A DNA stretch of 64,000 nt, from the IMG/VR virus record IMGVR_UViG_3300028584_001240, one strand, 5' to 3'. Position 1 is the stretch's first letter; each line of letters starts with the position of its first letter. Shown in pieces: positions 20,910 to 30,727 of this stretch. The notes under the pieces are model-generated. The model was not told the origin of the DNA. It saw only the letters and a program-made list of their open reading frames with translations, and did not search any database. Position numbers and translations under genes: made by a program. The stretch is from a virus (lineage: Duplodnaviria > Heunggongvirae > Uroviricota > Caudoviricetes).

Positions 20910-21083
20910 ATGAATAAAATGATGAACAAATTTTTACAACCGAAAGTCAGATTTAGAAACATCAAACTCTGGGAGAATTTGTATGGTGATGATTCACATC
21001 CACCATGTGTAGGGAATCACTTTGTTCCTGAAAAGTATTCAAGGTTTCATCTAAACCACGGAAAGTGGCGAAAATTTTATTAA
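20910..21083 (+). CDS. Small hypothetical protein (57 aa, not in ORF track)
   Basis: AAGGAG RBS; MNKMMNKFLQPKVRFRNIKLWENLYG…KWRKFY*. Confidence 0.55.
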   Translation: MNKMMNKFLQPKVRFRNIKLWENLYGDDSHPPCVGNHFVPEKYSRFHLNHGKWRKFY

Positions 21084-21172
21084 AAAATCTTTAAAATAAT
21101 TGTATTTTCCTTTTGTTCCTTATTGATATTGTTAAAAAACATGCTATTAATAAGAAAAAAGGAGACTATATT

Positions 21173-21364
21173 ATGCCTACAGTTCATAGAGTTCATTATT
21201 TTGAAAGCGAAAGAGGTTGGGGTTCAGATCAATGGCAGACTGATTACACAACAGAAGAAGAAGCCCAAAAAATGGTTAAAGAAACAAATGAAAAATTCTG
21301 TTCGAGTGTAATTACACCTGATTACTATATCAAAGCTGAATATCTCGGGCCAATCAATCTTTAA
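21173..21364 (+). CDS. Small hypothetical protein
   Basis: AAGGAG RBS; MPTVHRVHYFESERGWG…. Confidence 0.65.
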   Translation: MPTVHRVHYFESERGWGSDQWQTDYTTEEEAQKMVKETNEKFCSSVITPDYYIKAEYLGPINL

Positions 21365-21389
21365 ATCAATTAGAAATAGAAAAAGACTC

Positions 21390-22226
21390 CTAGGAGTCTT
21401 CTTTTTTTCCAAACACAATAACATATTCATCCATTCGGCCCACATTAAAGCCATAGGTATCCATCCAAAATATATTATCTTTATCTTTAAAGCGTTTATG
21501 GTTTCTTTTCCTCATATAAGTAGAATAAGCTTTTTCTTGATTGAAACGAATTCGATCAAAAAATTCATTGCTTATTTGACTACCATGAAAAATAGATTCA
21601 GTGATTAGTTTCTTCAAAATGTATTCTTTCTTATTGTGACCAAGTAATACACCATCGTCTATCAATAATAAAGCAGTTTCTTCAAGGATTTGAAGCTTAC
21701 TTTTCGATGTTAAGCTTCCAGTCACTTCAAGCAGTCTTTCAAGTCCAAAACCCACATCTATGCAAGTATCCATTGTATTAACAATATTCCCTATCTCAAC
21801 ATAGTTCTTGTAAAACTCTGTGCAATATCCACCAATACTACCATCTGACCAGACACATTCAGGATCTAAACGTATTTCAACGCCATATTCAGAATAAAGG
21901 TCTTTCCAGTCTTCATATTTATCAGGGTGAATAGTTACATAGTCTGGAATAATACCCAGCTTATTAACAAAGGAATACATGAAATCAATAGCTTTTTTAA
22001 GTGTCCATTGTCTAAATGAAAATAAACCTATCATTTCAAATTTTAAAAAGTGTGTGCCATCACCTATTTCGTCTAGGTCATTAATTCTTAGGCATTGCTG
22101 GATGTTAGTAAATGTGTTGGTGTATTCTAGGTTAGAATATAAGGGTTTAAATTGTTGCATACCAGATGTGGTAAACAGAGTTGTATCGTCAGGACTTTTG
22201 ACAGATGAATTTATATGAAAGTCCAA
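21390..22226 (-). CDS. Stand-alone alanyl-tRNA synthetase catalytic-core-like protein (class II aaRS)
   Basis: DDTTLFTTSGMQQFK, QQCLRINDLDEIG..TH…FEMIGLFSF, EIGNIV, IDVGFGLERL (AlaRS motifs 1-3); lacks editing and C-Ala domains; true start uncertain. Confidence 0.85.
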   Translation of the reverse strand: MDFHINSSVKSPDDTTLFTTSGMQQFKPLYSNLEYTNTFTNIQQCLRINDLDEIGDGTHFLKFEMIGLFSFRQWTLKKAIDFMYSFVNKLGIIPDYVTIHPDKYEDWKDLYSEYGVEIRLDPECVWSDGSIGGYCTEFYKNYVEIGNIVNTMDTCIDVGFGLERLLEVTGSLTSKSKLQILEETALLLIDDGVLLGHNKKEYILKKLITESIFHGSQISNEFFDRIRFNQEKAYSTYMRKRNHKRFKDKDNIFWMDTYGFNVGRMDEYVIVFGKKEDS

Positions 22227-22264
22227 TTCATATAATCTGGAATGGTCTTTGTATGTTTCGATAA

Positions 22265-22288
22265 TTAGATTGCGTTTAGCTGTGACAT
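22265..22288 (-). other. 7-codon out-of-frame leader ORF (MSQLNAI*) overlapping the open 5' extension of the AlaRS-like frame
   Basis: AGGAGG at 22294-22299, ATG at 22288, TAA at 22265-22267. Confidence 0.5.
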
Positions 22289-22416
22289 AGCTTCCTCCTA
22301 TTTATAAAAGTTGTCTATAACATAATAACATTAAAAACCTTATTATGTCAATAAACAAAACAAAATTGAAGAAAAAATAAAGACTCTAGTTAAATAGAGT
22401 CATCATCACAATTAAA

Positions 22417-23616
22417 TTATTTATCAAAATTAAGAATGCTTAATAATTGCATAGTCATATTACTAATCTTACCATCAGGGCTTTGTTTAATTACTCGTTT
22501 TTTAAAATAATCAATAAAATGAATATAAGCTTTATCTAATGTTTCAAAGTTGTGTTCGTAAACAACGTCTCTACCGTCCTTAACCTGAACATAGATATCC
22601 AGTTTAAAATCAATTTTAAAGCTTTGTTTGTTATCGAAGTAAATTTCGGAATCAGAACTCACACTGAACAAATCAAAATGTGTAAGAAACTTTTTTTCAT
22701 CACCCAACGTAGGTAAAAATAAAGAAAAATGATTAACAATAAGGCCATTAATGGTGTATTGGTATAAAATCATAGCATTGATTAATTGTAATAAATTCTT
22801 CGACCAATCATTAACCAATAGAAGGTCGAACAACTTTTCAGAGTGTTTTAAATTTTTTACTGGAAAAGTGACCCTCTCATTCCCATAAAACTTGCCATTA
22901 TTATTGAGTTTTCGTGACATATCAACGGTAGGCTTACTGAGTAGTGTCCTCAATGGCTTGTCTCTATTCATAACCGATGATAACATAATTCCATCATAAT
23001 GCTCATTCATATATTGAGCGATGTTTTTTTGACTATAATCTTTATTTAAGAACTCTCGATAATGTGGGGCTTTAAGATTATACAAAGTATTAATAATTGT
23101 TTGAATTAAATCAATATTCTCCTTTGTGTATTCAATATTATGAGTTTGTTTAAAATAGTGTGTAATTTTGTCATTTAAAAGAACAATCAATTTTTCAATT
23201 TTCATGGTTCTATCGAAAGAGAAATCCAAACCAGAAATAGAGAACTTAACATTATTTGTATCATCTACGACAATATGCAAAACATTGAGAATAAATACAC
23301 TTACTTTATTATCTTTAAAAGCGAAGGAAACAGTAAACTTTTCACCACGACTACCTGCAGTAGTTGATTCATTAAAAATAGATAACAGATGCTCAATATA
23401 ATCAGTTAATGTGGCAGATTGAGATTTTTTGATACCTAAAAAAAGAAAACTGACAATTTTATTAAGAGTTGCATTAAATGAAATAAGATATCCACATTCA
23501 TTTTTGATAGTTGAAAAATAGTCATTAACAATAGGGATTTCTACACTATCAAATTTCTTTTCTAATAGCAATTGTTTAAAATTTTTCTTTGATTTCTGTA
23601 AGTATTCAAATAACAT
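22417..23616 (-). CDS. Hypothetical protein with variant C-terminal motif (…QLLSILNFDK)
   Basis: 399-aa ORF, AAGGAG RBS. Confidence 0.7.
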   Translation of the reverse strand: MLFEYLQKSKKNFKQLLLEKKFDSVEIPIVNDYFSTIKNECGYLISFNATLNKIVSFLFLGIKKSQSATLTDYIEHLLSIFNESTTAGSRGEKFTVSFAFKDNKVSVFILNVLHIVVDDTNNVKFSISGLDFSFDRTMKIEKLIVLLNDKITHYFKQTHNIEYTKENIDLIQTIINTLYNLKAPHYREFLNKDYSQKNIAQYMNEHYDGIMLSSVMNRDKPLRTLLSKPTVDMSRKLNNNGKFYGNERVTFPVKNLKHSEKLFDLLLVNDWSKNLLQLINAMILYQYTINGLIVNHFSLFLPTLGDEKKFLTHFDLFSVSSDSEIYFDNKQSFKIDFKLDIYVQVKDGRDVVYEHNFETLDKAYIHFIDYFKKRVIKQSPDGKISNMTMQLLSILNFDK

Positions 23617-23626
23617 GACAACTCCT

Positions 23627-24325
23627 TTAAATATTAATCATTGCTGATAGTGCGTGTGAATCTTTTTCGTTCTTGATAAAATCTTCATAAGTCACTTCAT
23701 GGTTTCTAAAATAAAGGGCATGAACTACTTTCTTAGGTTCTTTAATAAGATCATGACACAAAGATTCAAAGTCATAAGGTAGATCCGCAACATCACGAGT
23801 TTTGCCATCTACTTTAATTCGAGTTCTAACATTCGTGATAATTCGCTCATTTTTCTCATCAACTTCAAAACCAGAGTTAAAGAATATATGATTAACAAAT
23901 TCGATTTTGTAATCATCATTCAAGTAATACAGTTTTTTAATCAACAATTTTTTATTGATTAGTGTGCTATCCATCCAAAAATTATAATAGCTATGGTCAC
24001 TAGGCTTCCCATCTGAACGAAGTGGGAAATATTCAAACTCAACAACTCGTTGATTATCAACTTCAATTTCAATATCAAATGTTGAAACTGTCACACAACC
24101 ATTGTAGGCAGGTGTGCAGGTTTTAAATATTTTAATAAGATAAGATTTCCCACCTTCAAAAATAGGCTTTAACTGAGTCATAAAATTAATAATCTTCGCA
24201 TTAACTTCCTGATAATCCATGTCATCATTAATATCAGCAATCATCTCATCCCATTTTTTACTTGGAAACTTACCAAAGAAACGTTTTGGTAATTCATATT
24301 TCTTTTTTACTTGATAATCAATCAT
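23627..24325 (-). CDS. Hypothetical protein with C-terminal motif (…ALSAMINI)
   Basis: ORF; start refined to MIDYQV. Confidence 0.7.
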   Translation of the reverse strand: MIDYQVKKKYELPKRFFGKFPSKKWDEMIADINDDMDYQEVNAKIINFMTQLKPIFEGGKSYLIKIFKTCTPAYNGCVTVSTFDIEIEVDNQRVVEFEYFPLRSDGKPSDHSYYNFWMDSTLINKKLLIKKLYYLNDDYKIEFVNHIFFNSGFEVDEKNERIITNVRTRIKVDGKTRDVADLPYDFESLCHDLIKEPKKVVHALYFRNHEVTYEDFIKNEKDSHALSAMINI

Positions 24326-24408
24326 AAGTATAAATATCCCATGTTTATAAATTGACGACAGTATACCATAAAAGACTGTAAATAACAAATAAATTATGTT
24401 AAGTTAAC

Positions 24409-24437
24409 TTGACGAAAAGGCGATACATTACTATAAT
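24409..24437 (+). promoter_or_regulatory. Sigma70-type promoter
   Basis: TTGACG-17 nt-TATAAT. Confidence 0.8.
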
Positions 24438-24461
24438 GACATAAAATTAAAAGGTGAAGAT

Positions 24462-24689
24462 ATGAATGAAATGGACGAAGAATGTACAATCTGCGGCAGT
24501 TTAAATACATTGGCTGAAATTATTCATATAAAACAGTTGAAAACTGACAAAAGAGTCAGGTATTTATTCAGAATGGTTCATTGTTCATCATGTGGAACAG
24601 ATTCTGCAGGCGGCCTTCATCTCCACTTAAATAAGCTTGAAATGCTAATGGCCCTAGAAAAACAAAAAGCCCTGTCAAAACAGAGCTAA
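24462..24689 (+). CDS. Small zinc-finger protein (YgiT/MqsA N-terminal-like)
   Basis: CTICGS…HCSSCG, two CxxC motifs. Confidence 0.55.
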   Translation: MNEMDEECTICGSLNTLAEIIHIKQLKTDKRVRYLFRMVHCSSCGTDSAGGLHLHLNKLEMLMALEKQKALSKQS

Positions 24690-24697
24690 TTGATAGG

Positions 24698-25318
24698 TTA
24701 AAGATCTTTGTTGTCTAACCAAGCAAAAAAAGATTTAATTGAGAACGGTGATTCTGAATAACTGTTATTCACTAAAAATGTATGACAACCCATAAACTTA
24801 CATTTACTAATATTTTGACTGTTATCATCTACAACTAATATTTCCATTGGGTTAATGGTTTCAAAATTATCTTCATACCAAGTAATAACATGTTCAAAGG
24901 CTTCTTGATCAGGCTTAGCCTTCCCTATTTCAAATGAATAGAAACAGTGGTCAACGTGTTTTGCCAAATACTTCTCAATCGGCTTAGCATACTCTTCTGA
25001 AAGATTGGAAAGCAATACAACGGTGTAATCCTTTCTCAACTCATCCAGTTTGCTTCCGATATCTTTTAAATAAGGTGTGATATTTTTTAATTCTAATTGA
25101 AGTTCCAACTGCATACTATCAAGATTTTCTGCAATAAATTCATCATTCACATCGACAGGTATTAAACTACGCCAGTCAACATTTTTTTCAGTCATTATTT
25201 TTCGACGTAATTCTCTTGGATTAAGACCAACAGAACTTAAAAATTTACCATGTGGATTACGAACAGTTGACGTTAACAATGTTCCGTAGCAGTCAAATAT
25301 AATCAGTTTCTTTTTCAT
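24698..25318 (-). CDS. HAD-superfamily hydrolase
   Basis: IFDCYGTL, LSN, KPD, VDD motifs. Confidence 0.85.
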   Translation of the reverse strand: MKKKLIIFDCYGTLLTSTVRNPHGKFLSSVGLNPRELRRKIMTEKNVDWRSLIPVDVNDEFIAENLDSMQLELQLELKNITPYLKDIGSKLDELRKDYTVVLLSNLSEEYAKPIEKYLAKHVDHCFYSFEIGKAKPDQEAFEHVITWYEDNFETINPMEILVVDDNSQNISKCKFMGCHTFLVNNSYSESPFSIKSFFAWLDNKDL

Positions 25319-25459
25319 AACAAATACTCCTTTTCATTTTCAATTATACACTAATAAAGTCCTAAGACAAGTTATTTTGATTGATCCTATTTGGTTTTTA
25401 CAATATTTGTCAATTTATCAAAAATAAAGTATAATGTATTAAAATAATCGGAAGAACTC

Positions 25460-26233
25460 ATGAAAGAATACTCAACACATACATCAAACATTGAATACAA
25501 TAGAAACAATATGCAAGGATTTTTCAAGATGTATCAGGGAGCTTGTATAGAAAGAAATGAATATCAAGCTGAAACTGATAAATTAACCAGTATTGATAGC
25601 TTATCTTACGAGGAACCTTTTAATAATGTTAAAGACAACATTGTCACTTGGTTAGCTGATATGGCAAAAGCTGGGTTAATCAATCCGAAAGACTCGGCCA
25701 GTGTGGATAAACTGTTGACTGATGCTTATGCGAAATTAAACTCTACAGCCATTAACGAAAAATTGAAAAAGCTTGATCATATTGCTACACAAAAATTAAA
25801 CAATCTTCAACGTTCATTTGATGAGGCAAAAGAAAACACAGGATATTTAACACAAGTATTGAATATTCAGATATTGGGGTTAACGATGGATAAAGTTGAA
25901 ACCATCAATAAAATATTAGAAAAAGAAGGTGTTCACATTACAAAAGATTACTATGACAACGGAAGTAAAGAACGTGGAAATTTTGATATTAAAGTGTATG
26001 CAGATAACAAAGAAAAACTCAGCGATATTCAAGATGAGATAACCATTGCTTCCATTAAACAAAATTTTAAAGGAAACGTTAAAAGATCAACAATTTTGGA
26101 CAGTGAAGAAGCCTTTAAACTCATGACAAACATGAAAAACCCTGTTATGATTGGTAGTCATATCAACAAAATCATTAGACCTGATGAAATGATTTACTAT
26201 AAACCAAAAAATAAAGGTAAATATGAATTTTGA
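25460..26233 (+). CDS. Hypothetical protein with basic C-terminal tail
   Basis: 257 aa; ends YYKPKNKGKYEF. Confidence 0.7.
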   Translation: MKEYSTHTSNIEYNRNNMQGFFKMYQGACIERNEYQAETDKLTSIDSLSYEEPFNNVKDNIVTWLADMAKAGLINPKDSASVDKLLTDAYAKLNSTAINEKLKKLDHIATQKLNNLQRSFDEAKENTGYLTQVLNIQILGLTMDKVETINKILEKEGVHITKDYYDNGSKERGNFDIKVYADNKEKLSDIQDEITIASIKQNFKGNVKRSTILDSEEAFKLMTNMKNPVMIGSHINKIIRPDEMIYYKPKNKGKYEF

Positions 26234-26317
26234 CAATAAAAAAGAACAATAATGGTCTTTTTTCTTTATATTTAATTAAAAATAGAGTATAATGAAGCAT
26301 TATTAGGAGTTCATCAC

Positions 26318-26857
26318 ATGTTAAGATATTTTCCTTTGAAAAAAAATAATATCACCATTAATGATAGCAATACAGCGTTTCTTTTTTCATATAAAGACAC
26401 GACTGAAATTCCTATTGCCCCTCATCCGGGTTCATTTGGCTATGTGCGTAAGAACCATATTCATGAAGGTGTAGACCTGTATGCCGAAGAAGGCGACGAT
26501 GTGGTTGCTATTGAAAATGGTGTCGTTCGTAAAATCATCCCATTCACAGGTGAAATTGCTAACACGCCTTGGTGGAATAACACCTATTCTATTTTCGTTG
26601 AACATGATGGTTACATTATTAACTATGGTGAACTTATCCCTGTTACTCATTTAAAAGAAGGTGATGTCGTTAAAGCGGGTGAAGTGATTGGTCACATTAG
26701 AACAGTTCTATTAAAAGACAAAGGCAGACCGATGGCGATGCTACATATTGAGATGTATCAACCAGAAGCGATTGTTCCGGTGACTGAATGGTCATTAAAT
26801 ACAGGGAAACCTGAATATTTACTAGACCCTACTGAACTATTAAAATCTTTGCTATAA
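26318..26857 (+). CDS. M23-family metallopeptidase
   Basis: HEGVDL (HxxxD), GDVVKAGEVIG, LHIEM. Confidence 0.85.
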   Translation: MLRYFPLKKNNITINDSNTAFLFSYKDTTEIPIAPHPGSFGYVRKNHIHEGVDLYAEEGDDVVAIENGVVRKIIPFTGEIANTPWWNNTYSIFVEHDGYIINYGELIPVTHLKEGDVVKAGEVIGHIRTVLLKDKGRPMAMLHIEMYQPEAIVPVTEWSLNTGKPEYLLDPTELLKSLL

Positions 26858-26875
26858 GGACGACTTAAATACAAC

Positions 26876-26900
26876 AAAGCCACTTGAAAGTGGCTTTTTT
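26876..26900. terminator. Bidirectional intrinsic terminator
   Basis: AAAGCCACTT-GA-AAGTGGCTTTTTT between convergent genes. Confidence 0.8.
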
Positions 26901-26909
26901 AATGCTGCA

Positions 26910-27413
26910 TTAACAACAGTATTTAAATAATCTATAACTGATGGTAATTTCATCATCTTTATAGAAACGTTGAAGTAATTCAAGAACTTCTTTTGTTTCT
27001 CGTAATTGTTTAAATTTCTCAAGATTTGTCTTTAAATCTACATCACTCAAATCAAAATCGAATTCATTATATTTTTCAGAATCGTATACACTGAATATAT
27101 CCTTTTCATCCAAAAGGAAATTAGGCATATAAATAATTCGATCATCAATATCACGGTTTTCAAACAAACTATACCAATAATCGAAATCATTTTCATCATC
27201 CTCATCATATGGTTCAAGCGTTAATGAAGAAGACACCTTTCTATATTGATTACCTGATCCACAACTTGAACAAAACTTATCAGCTTCTGAAGCCGCTTTG
27301 GTATGCTTTTTACAGGACGTTGAAGAACAACAATACAAATCTACAGTAGTTTTAACAGTTTTTTTTGGCACAACAATGGTCGGGCCTAAATATATCATCA
27401 CATCAGTTCCCAT
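26910..27413 (-). CDS. Hypothetical protein with zinc ribbon
   Basis: CCSSTSC…FCSSCGS; AGGAG RBS before MGTDV. Confidence 0.65.
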   Translation of the reverse strand: MGTDVMIYLGPTIVVPKKTVKTTVDLYCCSSTSCKKHTKAASEADKFCSSCGSGNQYRKVSSSLTLEPYDEDDENDFDYWYSLFENRDIDDRIIYMPNFLLDEKDIFSVYDSEKYNEFDFDLSDVDLKTNLEKFKQLRETKEVLELLQRFYKDDEITISYRLFKYCC

Positions 27414-27521
27414 ATAACTTCTCCTATAATAGCACATAGAATAACAGAAATATTATTAAAAAGTCAATTGATTTTTTTAATTGTTACAGGTATAATCATG
27501 GGAATTATTAAGGAGAATTAA

Positions 27522-29438
27522 ATGTTCGCTAAAGACTTATTTCAACCCAAAGCAAATGATAAAGAAACATTTCTTGCCGTCTTCGAAAGTTATAAAAATT
27601 GGATTTATGACTTTATCAAAAATAACAAAGGCATGAAGTTCAATGATTACATGAAAGAAAGCGATATCCAATCTAAAGCTATGTCTGACATTTTTCTTCG
27701 TTACAACTACCTCTCAAATGTCAAGAAAACTGATGAGGTGAGTGAACTGTATGAATTTATGGTCACTGAATATGAAAAATACTCTGATCCGTTTAGCCAA
27801 GACCCTGTGCATTATGAATTTATCAAATCATTGGTAACTGAAAATGAAACAGAAGAACGCCTTAAAAAACGTTATATCGAAGCCTTCGAGAAGTCTGGTA
27901 TTGATTTGCCAAAAGACAAACAAGATGAATTGAATGCTATTAGCCAAGAGCTATCCACTGCTCAAATGCTGTTCAGCAAAAACCTCATTGACTCTAAAAA
28001 AGAGTGGTCATACACCCTAACACCTGAAGTTAAAGTGACACTATCAGAAAAAGACCTTGAATCTTTTAAAGAAATTGATGGCGAACTGGTAATGAAATTT
28101 AACCAGAATGCAATGGGTGACATCATGGTTAAATCCCCATCAGATGAACTGAAGCAAATCATCTATGAAGCCAGTGGTTATCCGGGTTCACCACGTTCAA
28201 ACTTTGACAACACCGAAGTGACTAAAAAGATTTTGAGCTTGAAACAACAGATTGCAGCTATCATGGGTTATAAATCTTATACTGAAATGGCGTTGGAAGA
28301 TCGTATGGCTCCCACTTACGATGTAGTAACCAACTTCCTTGGTCGTATTAAAGAAAAAATGCAACCGTTGGCAAAAGTAGAATACGAAGCCCTCAATCAG
28401 TTTGCTAAAACTGAATTTGGTGTGGACACCATTCCAAAATGGAATCGTGGGTTCTATGGCAACATCAAGAAAGAAAAATTGCTTAACTATGAATTCAACA
28501 TGGAACGTCCATATTTCAACAAAAATCGTGTATTTGAAGGTGTTTTCAATCTTGTTGAAAAACTGTTTGGTTTCACTTTTGTCAAAGATACAGAAGCGTT
28601 TGACCTTCCTTATGAAGACAGTGAATGTTTTAAAGTGTATGAAGATGGTGTATTGAAAGCTCGCCTTATTGTGGACATGTATGAAAGAGAATTGAAAGGT
28701 AGCGGTGCTTGGGTATCCTGTCTTTCTGGTGTAACTCTGGACGAAGTAGGTCTTGTTTCTCTTTGCTGCAACATCAACAAGAAAGATATCGGTATGGATA
28801 TTGATGAGATTGTCACCTTCTTGCACGAAATGGGTCATGCAGTTCACCACTTCAGTTCCAAGGTTCAATATTCTGATATGGCTGGTACCAGTGGTATGGC
28901 TCGTGACGCGGTTGAAATCCCAAGTCAGATGCTTGAACAATTCGCTTACGATCCTGAGTTTTTGATGTCAGTGTCTGGGCATGTTGAAACAGGCGAGAAA
29001 ATACCACAAGTTATGCTGAATTCAATCATTGCTTCAAAGAACTACAACGTAGGTAGCATGTATGCACGTCAGTTGGTGCTTGCCACCTTCGATATTAACC
29101 TTTATAACACGTTTGAAGGTGATATTACTGATTTCTACAAATCCATTGCGAATGAAATTCTTCCATCCAAAGTGGATGACGATACTTCTTTCCCAAATAC
29201 CTTCGGTCACATCTTTGCAGGTGGTTACAGTGCCGGTTATTATGGTTACATGTGGGCTGATATTTACTCAGTTGATGCGTTTATGCATGTGATTGAAGAC
29301 AAAGAAAAGAATGCTATCAAATTCAAGAAAGAATTCTTAGAAAAAGGCAGCAGTGTTGAGCCATTGAAACTGTATGATAACTTCCGTGGTCAAGAAGTGA
29401 GTATTGATAACTTCCTAAGTTACTATGGTGTAAGTTAA
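27522..29438 (+). CDS. prlC: M3A oligopeptidase (oligopeptidase A/PrlC-like)
   Basis: HEMGHAVH zinc motif, DAVEIPSQMLE, FGHIFAGGYSAGYYGYMWA. Confidence 0.9.
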   Translation: MFAKDLFQPKANDKETFLAVFESYKNWIYDFIKNNKGMKFNDYMKESDIQSKAMSDIFLRYNYLSNVKKTDEVSELYEFMVTEYEKYSDPFSQDPVHYEFIKSLVTENETEERLKKRYIEAFEKSGIDLPKDKQDELNAISQELSTAQMLFSKNLIDSKKEWSYTLTPEVKVTLSEKDLESFKEIDGELVMKFNQNAMGDIMVKSPSDELKQIIYEASGYPGSPRSNFDNTEVTKKILSLKQQIAAIMGYKSYTEMALEDRMAPTYDVVTNFLGRIKEKMQPLAKVEYEALNQFAKTEFGVDTIPKWNRGFYGNIKKEKLLNYEFNMERPYFNKNRVFEGVFNLVEKLFGFTFVKDTEAFDLPYEDSECFKVYEDGVLKARLIVDMYERELKGSGAWVSCLSGVTLDEVGLVSLCCNINKKDIGMDIDEIVTFLHEMGHAVHHFSSKVQYSDMAGTSGMARDAVEIPSQMLEQFAYDPEFLMSVSGHVETGEKIPQVMLNSIIASKNYNVGSMYARQLVLATFDINLYNTFEGDITDFYKSIANEILPSKVDDDTSFPNTFGHIFAGGYSAGYYGYMWADIYSVDAFMHVIEDKEKNAIKFKKEFLEKGSSVEPLKLYDNFRGQEVSIDNFLSYYGVS

Positions 29439-29439
29439 G

Positions 29440-29982
29440 TTGAACATTCCAAACGATTTATCGCTCTGGTTTGCGGAAGTCTTTAATGACACACTTACTG
29501 CGAGTGATATTTTGCTAGGTAACAGCGAACTGGGGTACACGCCCCAGTTGAGCTTTACTGATGGAAATATAGTCAGTGTTCATCGTGTCCCCTATACAGT
29601 TATCAATAAGAAATACAGACTTGTCTCAAATGAAGTGCCTATTCATTACTATGATAATATCAAGTTGATTAGGAAATTAGAAAGATTGTTAGAAGTGCCG
29701 TTTGTGATGTTATTCGAAAAAGAGAAAGAGAATGTATTAATAAATATTTCAAATGTAAAAATGGATAAGACAACTCAACAGACGATATTTGAAGAAGATT
29801 ATGCTGTACATTTACTTGTTAATCATGGCGATTATCAAATCATTAACATTAAAGATCCCTTTTTCTTTGAAACCTTAGATGATATGTTAACAACAAAACT
29901 AGTATCAATGGTGACCGATAAAAAATTTTCTGAACTATCTAATGATGAATTAATAATGGTCAGAATTTATCACTACAAATAA
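29440..29982 (+). CDS. Hypothetical protein, array D, variant C-terminal motif (…ELSNDELIMVRIYHYK)
   Basis: Shares the K.F.EL..DEL tail with downstream genes. Confidence 0.65.
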   Translation: MNIPNDLSLWFAEVFNDTLTASDILLGNSELGYTPQLSFTDGNIVSVHRVPYTVINKKYRLVSNEVPIHYYDNIKLIRKLERLLEVPFVMLFEKEKENVLINISNVKMDKTTQQTIFEEDYAVHLLVNHGDYQIINIKDPFFFETLDDMLTTKLVSMVTDKKFSELSNDELIMVRIYHYK

Positions 29983-29992
29983 GGTATGTTTA

Positions 29993-30727
29993 ATGAAAAA
30001 TAAAATTACATTAAGAGAAGATGAAATTGCAATAATCTACAAAAACATTAGTGAACACCTACTGATTGATAACTTTTCAGGATTAAGTCTGCTTAATTGG
30101 AAATCAATGTTATTTAATCAAGATGATTTAACACAAGAAGATTTCATGAAAATAATGAAAACAGCTAATCTGTGTGTGCCTAGTTGGCAAAGATTGGTTA
30201 ACTATCGTGAATTTTCGACTGAGTTATTATTAAGGTTTAACTCAATACATAAAGAATTCATAGAACCCATTACGTTTGAAGTAGGAGAAAATACTCAGGA
30301 TAGACGCTTAATTTTTCGAGTTCCTGAATATTTGATAAATAAGGATTTTAAAGAATACAACACCGAAATATTTTTTGGTTCACTGCCACTTGAACTAATG
30401 GAATCAATTATTACTGTTTTTGGTGAATTCGTTCCTAAAAAAAGTGGAGTTATGTCTTATATCAAGATAGACGAAATGTGTATTTATTTACATAAGTTCA
30501 TATTATTTGAAGAAAACAATATTCGCTATTGTCATAAATATATATTTGAACCGTTTTCAAGAATTGATGCTAATGAAAGGATGATATACCAAATAACAGA
30601 TAACTACGACTTTATAAAAACCGTCAATGAATTTATCACCATAAGATACACTGAAGAGTTATTTGAAAAAGAGTTTAAAGATTTGACTAATGATGAGCTA
30701 ACTGTTCTTAAAATGAGAGTGATATAA
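29993..30727 (+). CDS. Hypothetical protein, array D, C-terminal motif (…TVLKMRVI)
   Basis: LID.(F/L)S N-terminal motif and YT..L..K…LT.D.L tail shared in the array. Confidence 0.75.
   Translation: MKNKITLREDEIAIIYKNISEHLLIDNFSGLSLLNWKSMLFNQDDLTQEDFMKIMKTANLCVPSWQRLVNYREFSTELLLRFNSIHKEFIEPITFEVGENTQDRRLIFRVPEYLINKDFKEYNTEIFFGSLPLELMESIITVFGEFVPKKSGVMSYIKIDEMCIYLHKFILFEENNIRYCHKYIFEPFSRIDANERMIYQITDNYDFIKTVNEFITIRYTEELFEKEFKDLTNDELTVLKMRVI

Noticed and set aside
24462-24689. MqsRA-type toxin-antitoxin module
   Set aside because: Only a zinc-finger is present; there is no HTH domain or adjacent RNase toxin.
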